From Vulcanimicrobiota bacterium (lineage in GTDB: Bacteria > Vulcanimicrobiota > Vulcanimicrobiia > Vulcanimicrobiales > Vulcanimicrobiaceae): a stretch of 64,000 nucleotides of DNA. Position numbers and translations under genes: made by a program. Shown piece after piece: positions 51,948 through 61,508 of the stretch (within the stretch, counting starts at the first letter, position 1; the number at the start of each line of letters is the position of its first letter). The DNA is taken from NCBI GenBank assembly GCA_030041225.1, contig JASHOG010000040.1, forward strand, positions 16,243-80,242. The letters are read 5' to 3'. Under the pieces are notes generated by a model that made no database searches, had not been told where the DNA came from, and worked only from the letters and a program-made list of their open reading frames with translations.

Positions 51948-52363
51948 AAGCGCGTATCGCTACGGCGCTCTTCATCATCGCATCGACCGCTGTCGCACGC
52001 GCGCAGACGCTGGATCTCAGTTGCACGGTGGCGAGCGAAACGATGAATGAAGTTTCGCAGAGAGCGTGCACGCAGTATTGCCGGACCGACGTCGCCATCG
52101 ACGTCCAACACGGGCGCGCCCGAGTAGGCGATCCCATCTGGGCGAACTGGGTGAGGGCGACGGTGACGAGCTCCGACGTCACGTGGCAGGAGCCCGGCTA
52201 CGTTGACGACTCGGGCACCTACGGCACTCAGTACTATCGCTTCGATCGTTCTAGCGCGGCGCTCTCCGAGAGCAATACCTTTCGGCTCGGCACGTGGTAC
52301 AACAGAGGACCGGGAGGCTCTTCAGAGACCGATTGGCGCTGCACCGTGAGCTCCAACCGCTAG
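51944..52363 (+). CDS. small secreted hypothetical protein (4 Cys)
   Basis: 139-aa ORF whose GTG start overlaps the upstream stop (GTGA). Signal peptide MKARIATALFIIASTAVARAQ. No family recognised. Confidence 0.55.
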   Translation: MKARIATALFIIASTAVARAQTLDLSCTVASETMNEVSQRACTQYCRTDVAIDVQHGRARVGDPIWANWVRATVTSSDVTWQEPGYVDDSGTYGTQYYRFDRSSAALSESNTFRLGTWYNRGPGGSSETDWRCTVSSNR

Positions 52364-52430
52364 TTTCGCCACAGCATCGGCGGTTGCGGCGATCACCAGG
52401 TATTACGTCGTGCGGCGCTAAGGCAAGCAC

Positions 52431-55400
52431 ATGCCGATCCTGCGCTCAGCGTTCCTGACGGGTGCGCTTCTCTGTGCCTGCTTCACGGCAGCGTTTGCCG
52501 CTCCCCTTATCCTTCAATCGCCGACGATTAGCCGTAGCGAGATTGCCTTTGTGTACGGCGGCGATATCTGGACGGTGCCGCGATCCGGCGGTGAGGCGAG
52601 GCGGCTCGTCACGGGCTACGGCATCGCGAGCGCGCCGTTCTTCTCGCCGGACGGCGAGACGATCGCGTTCAGCGCAGACTACGACGGCAACACCAACGTG
52701 TACACCGTTCCGTCGGTCGGCGGTGAGCCGCATCGCTTGACTTACCACCCCGGTGCCGACGTCGTCATCGGTTGGACTCGGGACGGCAGAGACGTGATCT
52801 TCGACTCGCTCCGAAACAGCCCGACCGACGCCCCGCAAGCGTACGAGATCTCGACGGAAGGCGGCATGGCGCGCATGCTGCCGTTACCGGACGTCAACGG
52901 CGGCTCGTTCTCGCCCGACGGAACGCACTTCGCGTACGTTCCCAACGATCAGTGGGAGCCGTTCTGGCAAGGCTATCGCGGCGGCCAGACGACACCGATC
53001 TGGATCGCCGACATGGCAGACTCCTCGATCGTCGCGATCCCGCGCAACAACTCGAACGATCGCTACCCGATGTGGATCGGTGACACCATCTACTTCGTAT
53101 CGGACCGAGACGGCTCATACGCGCTCTACGGATACGACACGCGCACCGGCGCCGTCCGTCGGCTCGTCAGCAACGATCACGGCTTCGACATCGTCTCCGC
53201 TTCCTCCAATGACGGCGTCGTCGTCTATTCGCAGTTCGATGCAATTCACGTCTACGACCCTGCGACCGGCAGCGAGCACGCAGTTTCGATCTCGATTCAC
53301 GCCGACATGCCGGAGGTACAACCGCACTGGGAACCGGCGGGCGATCAGATCGTGAATGCGAACATCTCGCCGAGCGGCGTTCGTGCAGTCTTCGAAGCAC
53401 ACGGAGACATCTTTACGGTGCCTGCCGAGCACGGGTCGATCAGAAACCTGACGCAGACGCCCGGCGTCGAGGAGCGAGACCCGGCGTGGTCGCCGAACGG
53501 GAAGTGGGTTGCGTACTTCTCCGATGCCGGCGGCGAGTACACGCTGCGCATCCGCGACCAGTTCGGCTTGCAGCCGGAGCGCGTCTATCGGCTCGAGCCC
53601 TATCCCTCATTCTATTACTCGCCGATCTGGTCGCCCGACAGCACGAAGATCGCCTACGCCGACAAGCACCTCGGGATCTACTACATCGATCTCTCCGAGC
53701 CTCATCCGCAGGCGGTCAAGATCGATGAACAGCCATACGAGGATTTCGCGGCGACCCGGCTCGACGCCGCGTGGTCGCCGGACAGCCGTTACCTCGCGTA
53801 CGCGCGCCAGTTGCCGAACTTCCTCCATGCGATTTTCTCCTACGACACGGACGATCACACGATACACCAGATCACTGATGGGATGAGCGACGCGACGAGC
53901 CCGGCCTTCGATCGCAGCGATAAGTACCTGTACTTCCTCGCAAGCACCGACACGGGCCTCACCGCGTACGGGCTCGACATGGAATCAGATCAGCGCCCCG
54001 TGGCAAGCAGCGTGTACGCGGCGGTGCTGCATGCCTCGACCGCGTCTCCTATTGCGCCGCAGAGCGATGACGAGAGCGCAAGCGGCGACGAGCCGCAGAC
54101 ACCTGCCTCGCCCCGACCGGAGAGCCGGCACGTACCTGTTTTTGCTCCGATCGATTTCGAGGGCATCGGACAGCGCATCGTCTCGCTGCCGTTGCCGGCG
54201 GCTAACTACGTTTCGGTGCAGGCAGCCGATGCGGGAACGATCTTCATCTCGCAGGCACCGCTTGTCTCGGTCGCGCCCGCAGAGCCGCAGTTGACCCTTC
54301 TGCGCTTTGACGTTGCCTCGCAACGGACGACACCGTGGGCACAAGGCATCACAACCTTCGTCGTGAGCGCAAACGGCAAGAACATGCTGATCGAGCGCCC
54401 CGGTACGCAACCGCGTCAGTCGGCGTGGGCGATCGTTTCGACTGTGGTGCCTTCGAAGCCAGACGAGGGCACGTTGCCGACGGGGCAGATGCAGATCTTC
54501 GTCAATCCCCACGACGAGTGGGCGCAAATGTATCACGAGACGTGGCGCATCGAGCGTGATTTCTTCTACGATCCACATCACCACGGGCTCGACATTGCCG
54601 CAGCAGAGCGACGCTTCTCCGTCTTCCTTCCGGGTCTCGCCTCACGCGACGACTTCAGCTACCTCACGCATGAGATGCTGAGCTATCTCTCCGTCGGGCA
54701 TCTTTGGGTGTACGGGCCTCCGTCGCAGCTTCCGCACAACGTCAGCATCGGATTGCTCGGCGCCGATTACACGATCGAAAACGGGCATTGGCGTTTCACG
54801 AAGATCTACAACGGTGAGAACTGGAATCCGGATCTGCATGCGCCGCTCACGCAACCCGGGGTCGCCGTCGGCGCCGGTGAGTATCTCTTCTCGGTCAACG
54901 GCAGGGCCGTCACGACCGATCGAGAGATATACTCGTTCTTTCAAGATACGGCCGGGCAGCAGACGACGATCCGGGTCGGTCCAAACGCGGACGGTAGCGA
55001 CGCACGCGATGTCACCGTCGTTCCGATCGCGAGCGAAGCGAACCTTCGTAAGTTCGCGTGGATCGAGCACAACCGGGAGCTCGTCGATCGCCTGAGCGGT
55101 GGGCGGCTCGCCTACGTGTATATGCCCGACACGGGTTTCGGCGGCTTCACGAACTTCAACCGCTACTTCTTCGCGCAAGTGAACCGCGAGGGCGTCATCC
55201 TTGACGAGCGTTACAATCACGGCGGACAAATTGCCGACTACGTCATCGATCTCTTGAGCCGCAGAGCGCACGCGATCATCAAAGCGCGCGACGGCAACAC
55301 CTTCCTCGATCCGCCTCTCGCAATCTACGGCCCGAAAGTGATGCTCATCAACCAGTACGCCGGCTCGGGCGGCGACGCGATGCCGTGGCTCTTCAAGAAG

Positions 55401-55742
55401 GCAGGGCTCGGGCCGCTCGTCGGTGTGCGCACCTGGGGCGGGCTCGTCGGCATCGGCGGCTATCCGACGCTCATGGACGGCGGGAGCGTGATGGCGCCGC
55501 GTATTGCGATCGGCGGTTTGGAAGGAGCGTGGGAAGTCGAAGGACACGGCATCTCGCCGAATATCGAGGTCGTTCAAGATCCCAAGCTCGTGCGCGAAGG
55601 ACGCGATCCGCAGTTGGAGGCCGCTGTCGAGACGGCGCTGCGCATGTTGCGCGAGCACCCGCTTCCGCAGTACGCGCCGCCGCCTTACCCGAACCATCAT
55701 CCGGTGCTGCCGCCGGAGGGCGCACGCTTCACTGAACCATAG
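52431..55742 (+). CDS. tricorn protease homolog (S41B; tandem beta-propellers + PDZ + S41 catalytic domain), secreted
   Basis: 1103-aa ORF with a signal peptide. The N-terminus PTISRSEIAFVYGGDIWTVPRSGGEARRLT...FSPDGETIAFSADYDGNTNVY is typical of tricorn-type proteases. The C-terminal block YAGSGGDAMPW...RTWGG is S41-like. Confidence 0.85.
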   Translation: MPILRSAFLTGALLCACFTAAFAAPLILQSPTISRSEIAFVYGGDIWTVPRSGGEARRLVTGYGIASAPFFSPDGETIAFSADYDGNTNVYTVPSVGGEPHRLTYHPGADVVIGWTRDGRDVIFDSLRNSPTDAPQAYEISTEGGMARMLPLPDVNGGSFSPDGTHFAYVPNDQWEPFWQGYRGGQTTPIWIADMADSSIVAIPRNNSNDRYPMWIGDTIYFVSDRDGSYALYGYDTRTGAVRRLVSNDHGFDIVSASSNDGVVVYSQFDAIHVYDPATGSEHAVSISIHADMPEVQPHWEPAGDQIVNANISPSGVRAVFEAHGDIFTVPAEHGSIRNLTQTPGVEERDPAWSPNGKWVAYFSDAGGEYTLRIRDQFGLQPERVYRLEPYPSFYYSPIWSPDSTKIAYADKHLGIYYIDLSEPHPQAVKIDEQPYEDFAATRLDAAWSPDSRYLAYARQLPNFLHAIFSYDTDDHTIHQITDGMSDATSPAFDRSDKYLYFLASTDTGLTAYGLDMESDQRPVASSVYAAVLHASTASPIAPQSDDESASGDEPQTPASPRPESRHVPVFAPIDFEGIGQRIVSLPLPAANYVSVQAADAGTIFISQAPLVSVAPAEPQLTLLRFDVASQRTTPWAQGITTFVVSANGKNMLIERPGTQPRQSAWAIVSTVVPSKPDEGTLPTGQMQIFVNPHDEWAQMYHETWRIERDFFYDPHHHGLDIAAAERRFSVFLPGLASRDDFSYLTHEMLSYLSVGHLWVYGPPSQLPHNVSIGLLGADYTIENGHWRFTKIYNGENWNPDLHAPLTQPGVAVGAGEYLFSVNGRAVTTDREIYSFFQDTAGQQTTIRVGPNADGSDARDVTVVPIASEANLRKFAWIEHNRELVDRLSGGRLAYVYMPDTGFGGFTNFNRYFFAQVNREGVILDERYNHGGQIADYVIDLLSRRAHAIIKARDGNTFLDPPLAIYGPKVMLINQYAGSGGDAMPWLFKKAGLGPLVGVRTWGGLVGIGGYPTLMDGGSVMAPRIAIGGLEGAWEVEGHGISPNIEVVQDPKLVREGRDPQLEAAVETALRMLREHPLPQYAPPPYPNHHPVLPPEGARFTEP

Positions 55743-55839
55743 TTAAGCCTGTCCTCGATACTTGCGGGCGCGGAGCGAGCACGCTATGCTCTCTGTCACA
55801 AACCTGTCATACGGCCGGAGAGACGGTTGGAGGTGGAGC

Positions 55840-57003
55840 GTGCGCGTAAAGGTCTACCCTGAAGCGATCGGATGTACCGTCTTTCTCATAACAGCGGTTC
55901 TCCTGGCAGCGTGCGGCGGAGGTGGAGCTTCGAGCACGCCTAGCATGAGCGGTGGTATGGGCGGCTCGTCGGCAGCAACTTCCGTAGCGACCCAGCGCAA
56001 CGTCGCCGGCTCCGCACTTGCCTCCGTGAGCGACGGCGTCGATTTCGATGAATGGGGTCCCTCGGGCGGCATCTCGTCGCTGGCGCTTCAGGATGCGGTT
56101 TCGGTCGAGAGCGTTCACACGCAGAGCACTGGCGGAACGTGCCAAAACGGCGTCGAGTTCTCGCAATCTTCTACCGGAGAGGGTCAGGTCACGCAGACGA
56201 TCGAGATCTTCTACGACCAGAGCTGCACCGAGCCGTTCAAGTTGATCACCCAGACGATTACGTTCTCCAGCTCGGGTGGCTCGGTGCAAGGCAGCGAAGA
56301 GGTGTGGGATCAAGCCGGAAGCGTCGTTGCGTACAAGACGTATTCGCTTGCGTTCACGTTGAGTAGCGGCCACGTGACGTCGATTGTCGCGCAGAAGAGC
56401 GTTGCCCCCGCACCAAGCGCCTCGCCGCTCTTCCAAGTCGGCGAGAGTTGTGTCTTTGGAACGTCAAATCCCATCGATTGCGGCGCGGGAAACGTCTTGA
56501 CGATCTCACAGCCGTCGGCGTCGCCCTCACCTCTGGACGAGAGCATCGGCTTCGCCGGCACAGCGACGGGAACGTTCGTCACGCCATCGCCTTCGCCGTC
56601 GGCAACGCCGCCGAGCTGGGGTCAACCGAATGAACTCCAGATCGACCTGAACGGCACCGGGTACACCGGCGCTGTCGGTGCGCTGACGCTCGCATCTTCA
56701 ACGCTCCCGGCGTGGACGATCTCGGGAGGCACACAAGTACTCACGCTTACGGGGACCGTGACGCTCGGTTTCGGCGGACCCGAGTGGGGTGGCGGCGCGA
56801 TGTCGAGCATCAGTCTCGACGAGAGTGCTCTGGGCCTGACCGTGACGCTCACCTCTTCGAAGGGCGGCAAGCTCAGCGGGAACGTCACGAACGCGAGCGG
56901 AACGGTTGTCGCAACGATGAGCTTGGATTACTCCGGCACCGGAACGATCACATATTCGAACGGGACGACGGCTCAAGTCATCGACTGGATCATCTTAGGT
57001 TAG
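55840..57003 (+). CDS. Ser/Thr/Gly-rich lipoprotein of unknown function
   Basis: Track ORF 55762-57003. GTG 55840 (SD GGAGG at 55829-55833, 6-nt spacer) yields MRVKVYPEAIGCTVFLITAVLLAAC with the lipobox LLAAC. Confidence 0.6.
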   Translation: MRVKVYPEAIGCTVFLITAVLLAACGGGGASSTPSMSGGMGGSSAATSVATQRNVAGSALASVSDGVDFDEWGPSGGISSLALQDAVSVESVHTQSTGGTCQNGVEFSQSSTGEGQVTQTIEIFYDQSCTEPFKLITQTITFSSSGGSVQGSEEVWDQAGSVVAYKTYSLAFTLSSGHVTSIVAQKSVAPAPSASPLFQVGESCVFGTSNPIDCGAGNVLTISQPSASPSPLDESIGFAGTATGTFVTPSPSPSATPPSWGQPNELQIDLNGTGYTGAVGALTLASSTLPAWTISGGTQVLTLTGTVTLGFGGPEWGGGAMSSISLDESALGLTVTLTSSKGGKLSGNVTNASGTVVATMSLDYSGTGTITYSNGTTAQVIDWIILG

Positions 57004-57009
57004 AGGCGC

Positions 57010-58431
57010 CTGCACCCGCTCAGGCGCGTTCTCGGACTCTGGTCGGTCGTTGCGTTCGGCGTAACCAACGAGATCGCCGCCGGTCTCTTCTTCGTATCGA
57101 CGCAGGTTCAGTGGACGGCTCCCGGCGTTGGGGATCTCGTTCCGTGGCTCATGCTCGCCGGCGGCGCGATGACGTTGCTGACGGTGATCGCCTATCGCTA
57201 CTTCTTCGCCGCCGGCTTGATCGGCGCCGGCGGCGAGTACGTCATCATCCGTGATGCCGTTGGTCCGCGTAGCGCGTTCCTGGCGACGCTTCTCGCGTGG
57301 TTCGGCGTAACCGGAGCGCTCGGGACTCTCGCCTACGTTGCACCGCAGTTTCTTGCGAACGCGTGCTCGTCGCTTGGGCTCGTGCGAGCCGCTCACGCAC
57401 TTACGTCGAGCTCCGGAACGCTGCTCGTCGGGCTTGCGCTCATCTGGCTCGTGTGGCTCGCGCACGTTCGCGGCGTTCGCCTGGCGGCGACGCTTGCGAT
57501 CGTTGCGATGGCGTTCGTCCTGCTTGTTGCCGCAACGATGGTCGGCTTCGGCTTTGCCACATCGCCGGGGCGTTTCGAAGCGGCACTCCTCATGCATCTG
57601 CACCTCGCCGCTGCGCACGTGCGTGCGCTCGCTCCAACCCAGAGGGTGAGTTTCGCGGCGGCGTTCGGCACGGCGCTTCCCCTGCTGTTCTTCGGATACC
57701 TCGGCCTCTCGACGTCGACCCAGACGGGAGGCGAAGCCGTGGATGCTCGGCACTCTCTCTCGCGCGGCGTGCTCATCGCGGTCCTTCTCGTTACCGCCGT
57801 GTACACGACGTTTGCGTTTGCAATCTACCATGCCGTACCGTGGCAAGTGATCGCCGGTCTCGAGGCCATGAAGGAGACGACGTACACGACGTCCACCGGA
57901 CTGCTCGGACTCGTCATGCCTGCATGGCTTGCTTCGACGATGAACGTCTTCGTTGCCGTCATCATCGTCAAGACGCTCCTGCCGCTCTTTCTTGCGCAGT
58001 CGCGCTGGATTTATGCTTGGGCGCAAGACGGAGTGCTGCCCAACCGTTTTGCCGTCACGCATTCGCGGTTCGGGACGCCGGTCGCTGCGCTGACGATCAG
58101 CGCGCTCTTCGGTTCTCTCAGCTTGTTGGAGTCGTTGTGGACCGGTTACGTTTTCGGCGTGAGTCTGCGCGTGCTTTCCGTAATGATCGTCTTCTTCTTG
58201 ATCGGGATCGGATTGCTGCGGTATGGTCGGCCCGTACCCTTGCAGCGCACGGCGTTAGGCGTCGCGATCATGGCCTTTTCGCTCTGGTTTACCATCTCGC
58301 TCATTGCAACCTCGGCTCGTGAGGCATTGTGGGTGCAGCCCGCGGTGCAGGCTCTGGTGGTAGCAGTCGTGGCTCTCTTCATCTATCGCCCGTCGGTGCA
58401 GCGGCGGCTTTCAGCGCGCTCCCCGTATTGA
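57010..58431 (+). CDS. APC superfamily amino-acid permease; true start upstream of the first canonical start codon
   Basis: Track ORF 57151-58431. The in-frame sequence 57004-57150 (RRLHPLRRVLGLWSVVAFGVTNEIAAGLFFVS...) encodes the conserved APC TM1 yet contains no ATG/GTG/TTG. The 5' end is given as CTG 57010 and is tentative. Confidence 0.75.
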   Translation: MHPLRRVLGLWSVVAFGVTNEIAAGLFFVSTQVQWTAPGVGDLVPWLMLAGGAMTLLTVIAYRYFFAAGLIGAGGEYVIIRDAVGPRSAFLATLLAWFGVTGALGTLAYVAPQFLANACSSLGLVRAAHALTSSSGTLLVGLALIWLVWLAHVRGVRLAATLAIVAMAFVLLVAATMVGFGFATSPGRFEAALLMHLHLAAAHVRALAPTQRVSFAAAFGTALPLLFFGYLGLSTSTQTGGEAVDARHSLSRGVLIAVLLVTAVYTTFAFAIYHAVPWQVIAGLEAMKETTYTTSTGLLGLVMPAWLASTMNVFVAVIIVKTLLPLFLAQSRWIYAWAQDGVLPNRFAVTHSRFGTPVAALTISALFGSLSLLESLWTGYVFGVSLRVLSVMIVFFLIGIGLLRYGRPVPLQRTALGVAIMAFSLWFTISLIATSAREALWVQPAVQALVVAVVALFIYRPSVQRRLSARSPY

Positions 58432-59554
58432 TCGCGAGCACGCGTTCGCCGCGCTCTATCCATCCGCTCTCACGCAGCCTCCCGGCAGCAACGAGCGTTG
58501 CCGCACCCTCTGCACACACGAACAGTCCTTCGCGCGACGCGATCGATCGCTGCATCTCGAGCAGCTCAGCATCACTCACCGCGACGGCCATGCCATCCGT
58601 CCGGTAGAGCGCATCGAGCACGAGGAAGTCTCCAATGGCCTTCGGCACGGCGATGCCGAAGGCGACCGTGTGCGTCTTTTCCCACGGTGTCGAGACCGTA
58701 CGGTGCTCCTTCCACGCCTCGACGATCGGCGCGCAGCCTTCGGCTTGCACGGCGACGAAGCGCGGCATGCGCTCGGCGATGAGCCCGATCTCTTGCAACT
58801 CGCGCAGCGCCTTGTCGATACCGATGAGCCCGACGCCGCCGCCGGTCGGGTAGAGAATCACGTCGGGAACCGACCACCCGAACTGTTCGACGAGCTCGAA
58901 GCCCATCGTCTTCTTGCCCTCGATACGGTATGGCTCTTTGAGCGTCGATGCGTCGTAGATTCCTTCTTTTGCAACTTCGTCGGCAACGATGCGGCCCGCA
59001 TCGCCGATAAAACCATCGACGAGGCTGAGTCGCGCGCCGACCGTCTCGCATTCCCAGCGGTGAATCGCCGGCGCGTCTTTCGGCATCACGATGCGCGCCT
59101 CGATGCCCGCTCGCGCCGCGTACGCAGCCCATGCCACACCGGCGTTGCCGTTCGTCGGCATCGCGAAGGCACGAACGCCGAGCTCCTTTGCACGCGAGAC
59201 GCCGATTGCGGCGCCTCGCGCCTTGAAGCTGCCCGTCGGCAACAGCCCCTCGTCTTTGACGAAGAGCGCATCGAAGCCAAGCTCCGGCCCGAGCCGGCGT
59301 AAGGGCACGACCGGCGTCATTCTCTCCTCGAGCGAGACTCGGCCGGCATGATCGCGAAGCGGCAGCAGCTCGCCGTAGCGCCATAGTGCCGGCTCGCGTC
59401 CGCCGAGCGCATCTCGCGTGAGCGTTCTCGCTGCCTTTTCGAGATCGTACCGCGCGAGCAGCGGCGCTCCGCACGCGCACAGCTGCACGATCTCATCCGC
59501 GTCGTAGCGCGCGCCGCACCTGGAGCACGCGACATGCGACAGCGCGGATGTCAT
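58379..59554 (-). CDS. thrC: threonine synthase-like fold-type II PLP enzyme with N-terminal Zn-ribbon
   Basis: 391-aa ORF. Contains CSRCGARYDADEIVQLCACGAPLL, the PLP-lysine motif PTGSFKARGA and the NGNAG block. Confidence 0.65.
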   Translation of the reverse strand: MTSALSHVACSRCGARYDADEIVQLCACGAPLLARYDLEKAARTLTRDALGGREPALWRYGELLPLRDHAGRVSLEERMTPVVPLRRLGPELGFDALFVKDEGLLPTGSFKARGAAIGVSRAKELGVRAFAMPTNGNAGVAWAAYAARAGIEARIVMPKDAPAIHRWECETVGARLSLVDGFIGDAGRIVADEVAKEGIYDASTLKEPYRIEGKKTMGFELVEQFGWSVPDVILYPTGGGVGLIGIDKALRELQEIGLIAERMPRFVAVQAEGCAPIVEAWKEHRTVSTPWEKTHTVAFGIAVPKAIGDFLVLDALYRTDGMAVAVSDAELLEMQRSIASREGLFVCAEGAATLVAAGRLRESGWIERGERVLAINTGSALKAAAAPTGDR

Positions 59555-59566
59555 GGGACGTACGCC

Positions 59567-59935
59567 TTAATGCGGGACGGTAACCTGATGGAGGGAGACC
59601 TTGTTTCCCTCGAGATCGTTGAGGGACGCCACCTTGCAAACCGGCGTGGCGTAAGGATCCTCTACCTCGAGTCCCTTCCCGCGAAGATCGGCAACCGTTT
59701 TGTCGATGTCGTCGACCTCGAAGACGATGCCCGAAGCGCTTCCAGGCTCGCGACCGATCCACTCGCTTGTCATAACGCTGAAATAACTACTACCGACTTT
59801 TGCTTCGTTGTACTGTTCGACGCCGTTCTCGAGCAGCGGCTCGCCGAACGCGATCCCGAGTTTCTCCTCGTACCATCTGCGAAGCGCGCCCACGTTTTTT
59901 GCCGGATAGGCGGTAAATGCGACCTCTTTGATCAC
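59567..59935 (-). CDS. VOC (glyoxalase/bleomycin-resistance/dioxygenase) family protein
   Basis: 122-aa ORF with a typical single VOC module (...FEVDDIDKTVADLRGKGLEV...). Confidence 0.8.
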   Translation of the reverse strand: MIKEVAFTAYPAKNVGALRRWYEEKLGIAFGEPLLENGVEQYNEAKVGSSYFSVMTSEWIGREPGSASGIVFEVDDIDKTVADLRGKGLEVEDPYATPVCKVASLNDLEGNKVSLHQVTVPH

Positions 59936-59947
59936 CGTACGACTCCT

Positions 59948-60637
59948 TTATATAGCTCTGCCGTCCCGTGTTTCCTCGTGCAGCGCAGCGAGGAACGCTT
60001 GCAGTTCCGCCGCGCGTTGCCGGCCAAGGCGCCGTGCGCTGCGCGTCACGAGCCTCGACGGTATGACCTTGACGAACATCTGCAGGGTGTGCACCGCGGG
60101 CGCAAACGATGCGGCTGTCGCTCCGGTGAGCGAAATCATGCGCGCGGCTCCGATCGCCCCGAGGAAGTCGAGCGAATCGGCATCATGCAAGACGATCGCC
60201 GCCGGGTCCGTGCTCGGCGTCATGTAGTACATGTGCGTTCGTTCCGCGGCCTGCACGGCGGGTATCTTCGCGACGGGGAAGCCGTCGGCGCGCAGGATCG
60301 CCGGGCTCTGAAGCGCGGCGCATGCACCGTGCTCGAGGTGCCTGCCCTTGCACGGCATGAACGCCGCCATATCATGGAGGAAGGCTGCGGCAAAGAGGAC
60401 GTCCGCATCGACGTGCAGCCCGTCTGCGCGAGCGAGCTCCATACCCACGTCGTAGTCGCGCTCGGAATGCTGCCAGCCCCAAGCGGGGTGAATGAACGTC
60501 GTGCGCGCCAGCTCATAGACGCGAACCTTCCACGGCGCGTCGAGAGGGATGCCCGTCGCAGTCCGGGCGGGCACGGAGGCTGGTGTCGTCGTCGCGCCCA
60601 CGAGCCCAAAGGCGAGTATAAGGAAGGCACACTTCAT
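59948..60637 (-). CDS. HD domain phosphohydrolase-like protein with signal-peptide-like N-terminus
   Basis: 229-aa ORF: MKCAFLILAFGLVGATTTPA..., then H...HD context (HPAWGWQHSERD ... AAAFLHDMAAF ... VLHDADSLDFLG). Confidence 0.7.
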   Translation of the reverse strand: MKCAFLILAFGLVGATTTPASVPARTATGIPLDAPWKVRVYELARTTFIHPAWGWQHSERDYDVGMELARADGLHVDADVLFAAAFLHDMAAFMPCKGRHLEHGACAALQSPAILRADGFPVAKIPAVQAAERTHMYYMTPSTDPAAIVLHDADSLDFLGAIGAARMISLTGATAASFAPAVHTLQMFVKVIPSRLVTRSARRLGRQRAAELQAFLAALHEETRDGRAI

Positions 60638-60674
60638 ACAGGCTTCTCCTCTCTTCTCTTGCGAAGACCTTCAG

Positions 60675-61508
60675 ATGCCCAACGTTGAGCCGGCGGCGGC
60701 ATACGCGCGCGAGCGCGGCCTCCATGCGCTCGTCGTCGCCGATCGCGAGCGCATTCTGTACGAGGAGTACGCCGGCGGTTACTCAGTTGAACGCCCGCAC
60801 GCGCTCTACAGCGGGACGAAGAGCTTCTGGGGAACCGCTGCGATCGAAGCCGCGAGAGAAGGGCTCTTTGCGCTCGATGATCCCGTAGCGGGAACCCTTA
60901 CCGAGTTTCGCAACGACGAGAGGGCCTCGATAACGCCGCGGATGCTTTTGCAGCTCACCGCCGGTTACGGGTTCGGCGGTTTGGGGAGCGCCGTACCGAC
61001 GTACGAGAAAGCTCTCGCGACGCCGCTGAAGAGCACGCCGGGTTCGCGCTTCACGTACGGCGGCGTTCCCTTGCAAGTGTTCGGCGCGTACTTCGTGCGC
61101 GCGTGCTCTGCGTCCGGCACGACGCCGCACGAGTTTCTCACTGCAAACGTCTTGCAGCCGGCCGGCGTGAGCATCGCTTCATGGCGCACGCTGAGCGACG
61201 GAACACATCCCCTTCCAACCGGAGTGCAGCTGACTGCGTCGAGCTGGCTCGCGTACGGACGATGGATGCTGCGTCACTGCGATCGCTATGCCGACACGTT
61301 CGCCGGTTCGGTCGCCAACCCGCGGTACGGCCTGGGATGGTGGCTCGCATTCACGTCGACGCCTCGCGATCTCTTCTATGCGAGCGGCTCGGGAGGTCAG
61401 GCGCTCTACGTCATCCCGTCGCTCGACCTTCTCGTCGTTCACTTCAGCAATAGCTCGAGCTACAAGCACGAGGCCTTTCTCAAGCGCCTGCTTAGCGAGG
61501 GACCGTGA
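60675..61508 (+). CDS. serine hydrolase, beta-lactamase/transpeptidase-like family
   Basis: Track ORF 60549-61508; start at M43 (MPNVEPAAAYARERG...). S-x-x-K motif in LYSGTKSFWG. Confidence 0.8.
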   Translation: MPNVEPAAAYARERGLHALVVADRERILYEEYAGGYSVERPHALYSGTKSFWGTAAIEAAREGLFALDDPVAGTLTEFRNDERASITPRMLLQLTAGYGFGGLGSAVPTYEKALATPLKSTPGSRFTYGGVPLQVFGAYFVRACSASGTTPHEFLTANVLQPAGVSIASWRTLSDGTHPLPTGVQLTASSWLAYGRWMLRHCDRYADTFAGSVANPRYGLGWWLAFTSTPRDLFYASGSGGQALYVIPSLDLLVVHFSNSSSYKHEAFLKRLLSEGP

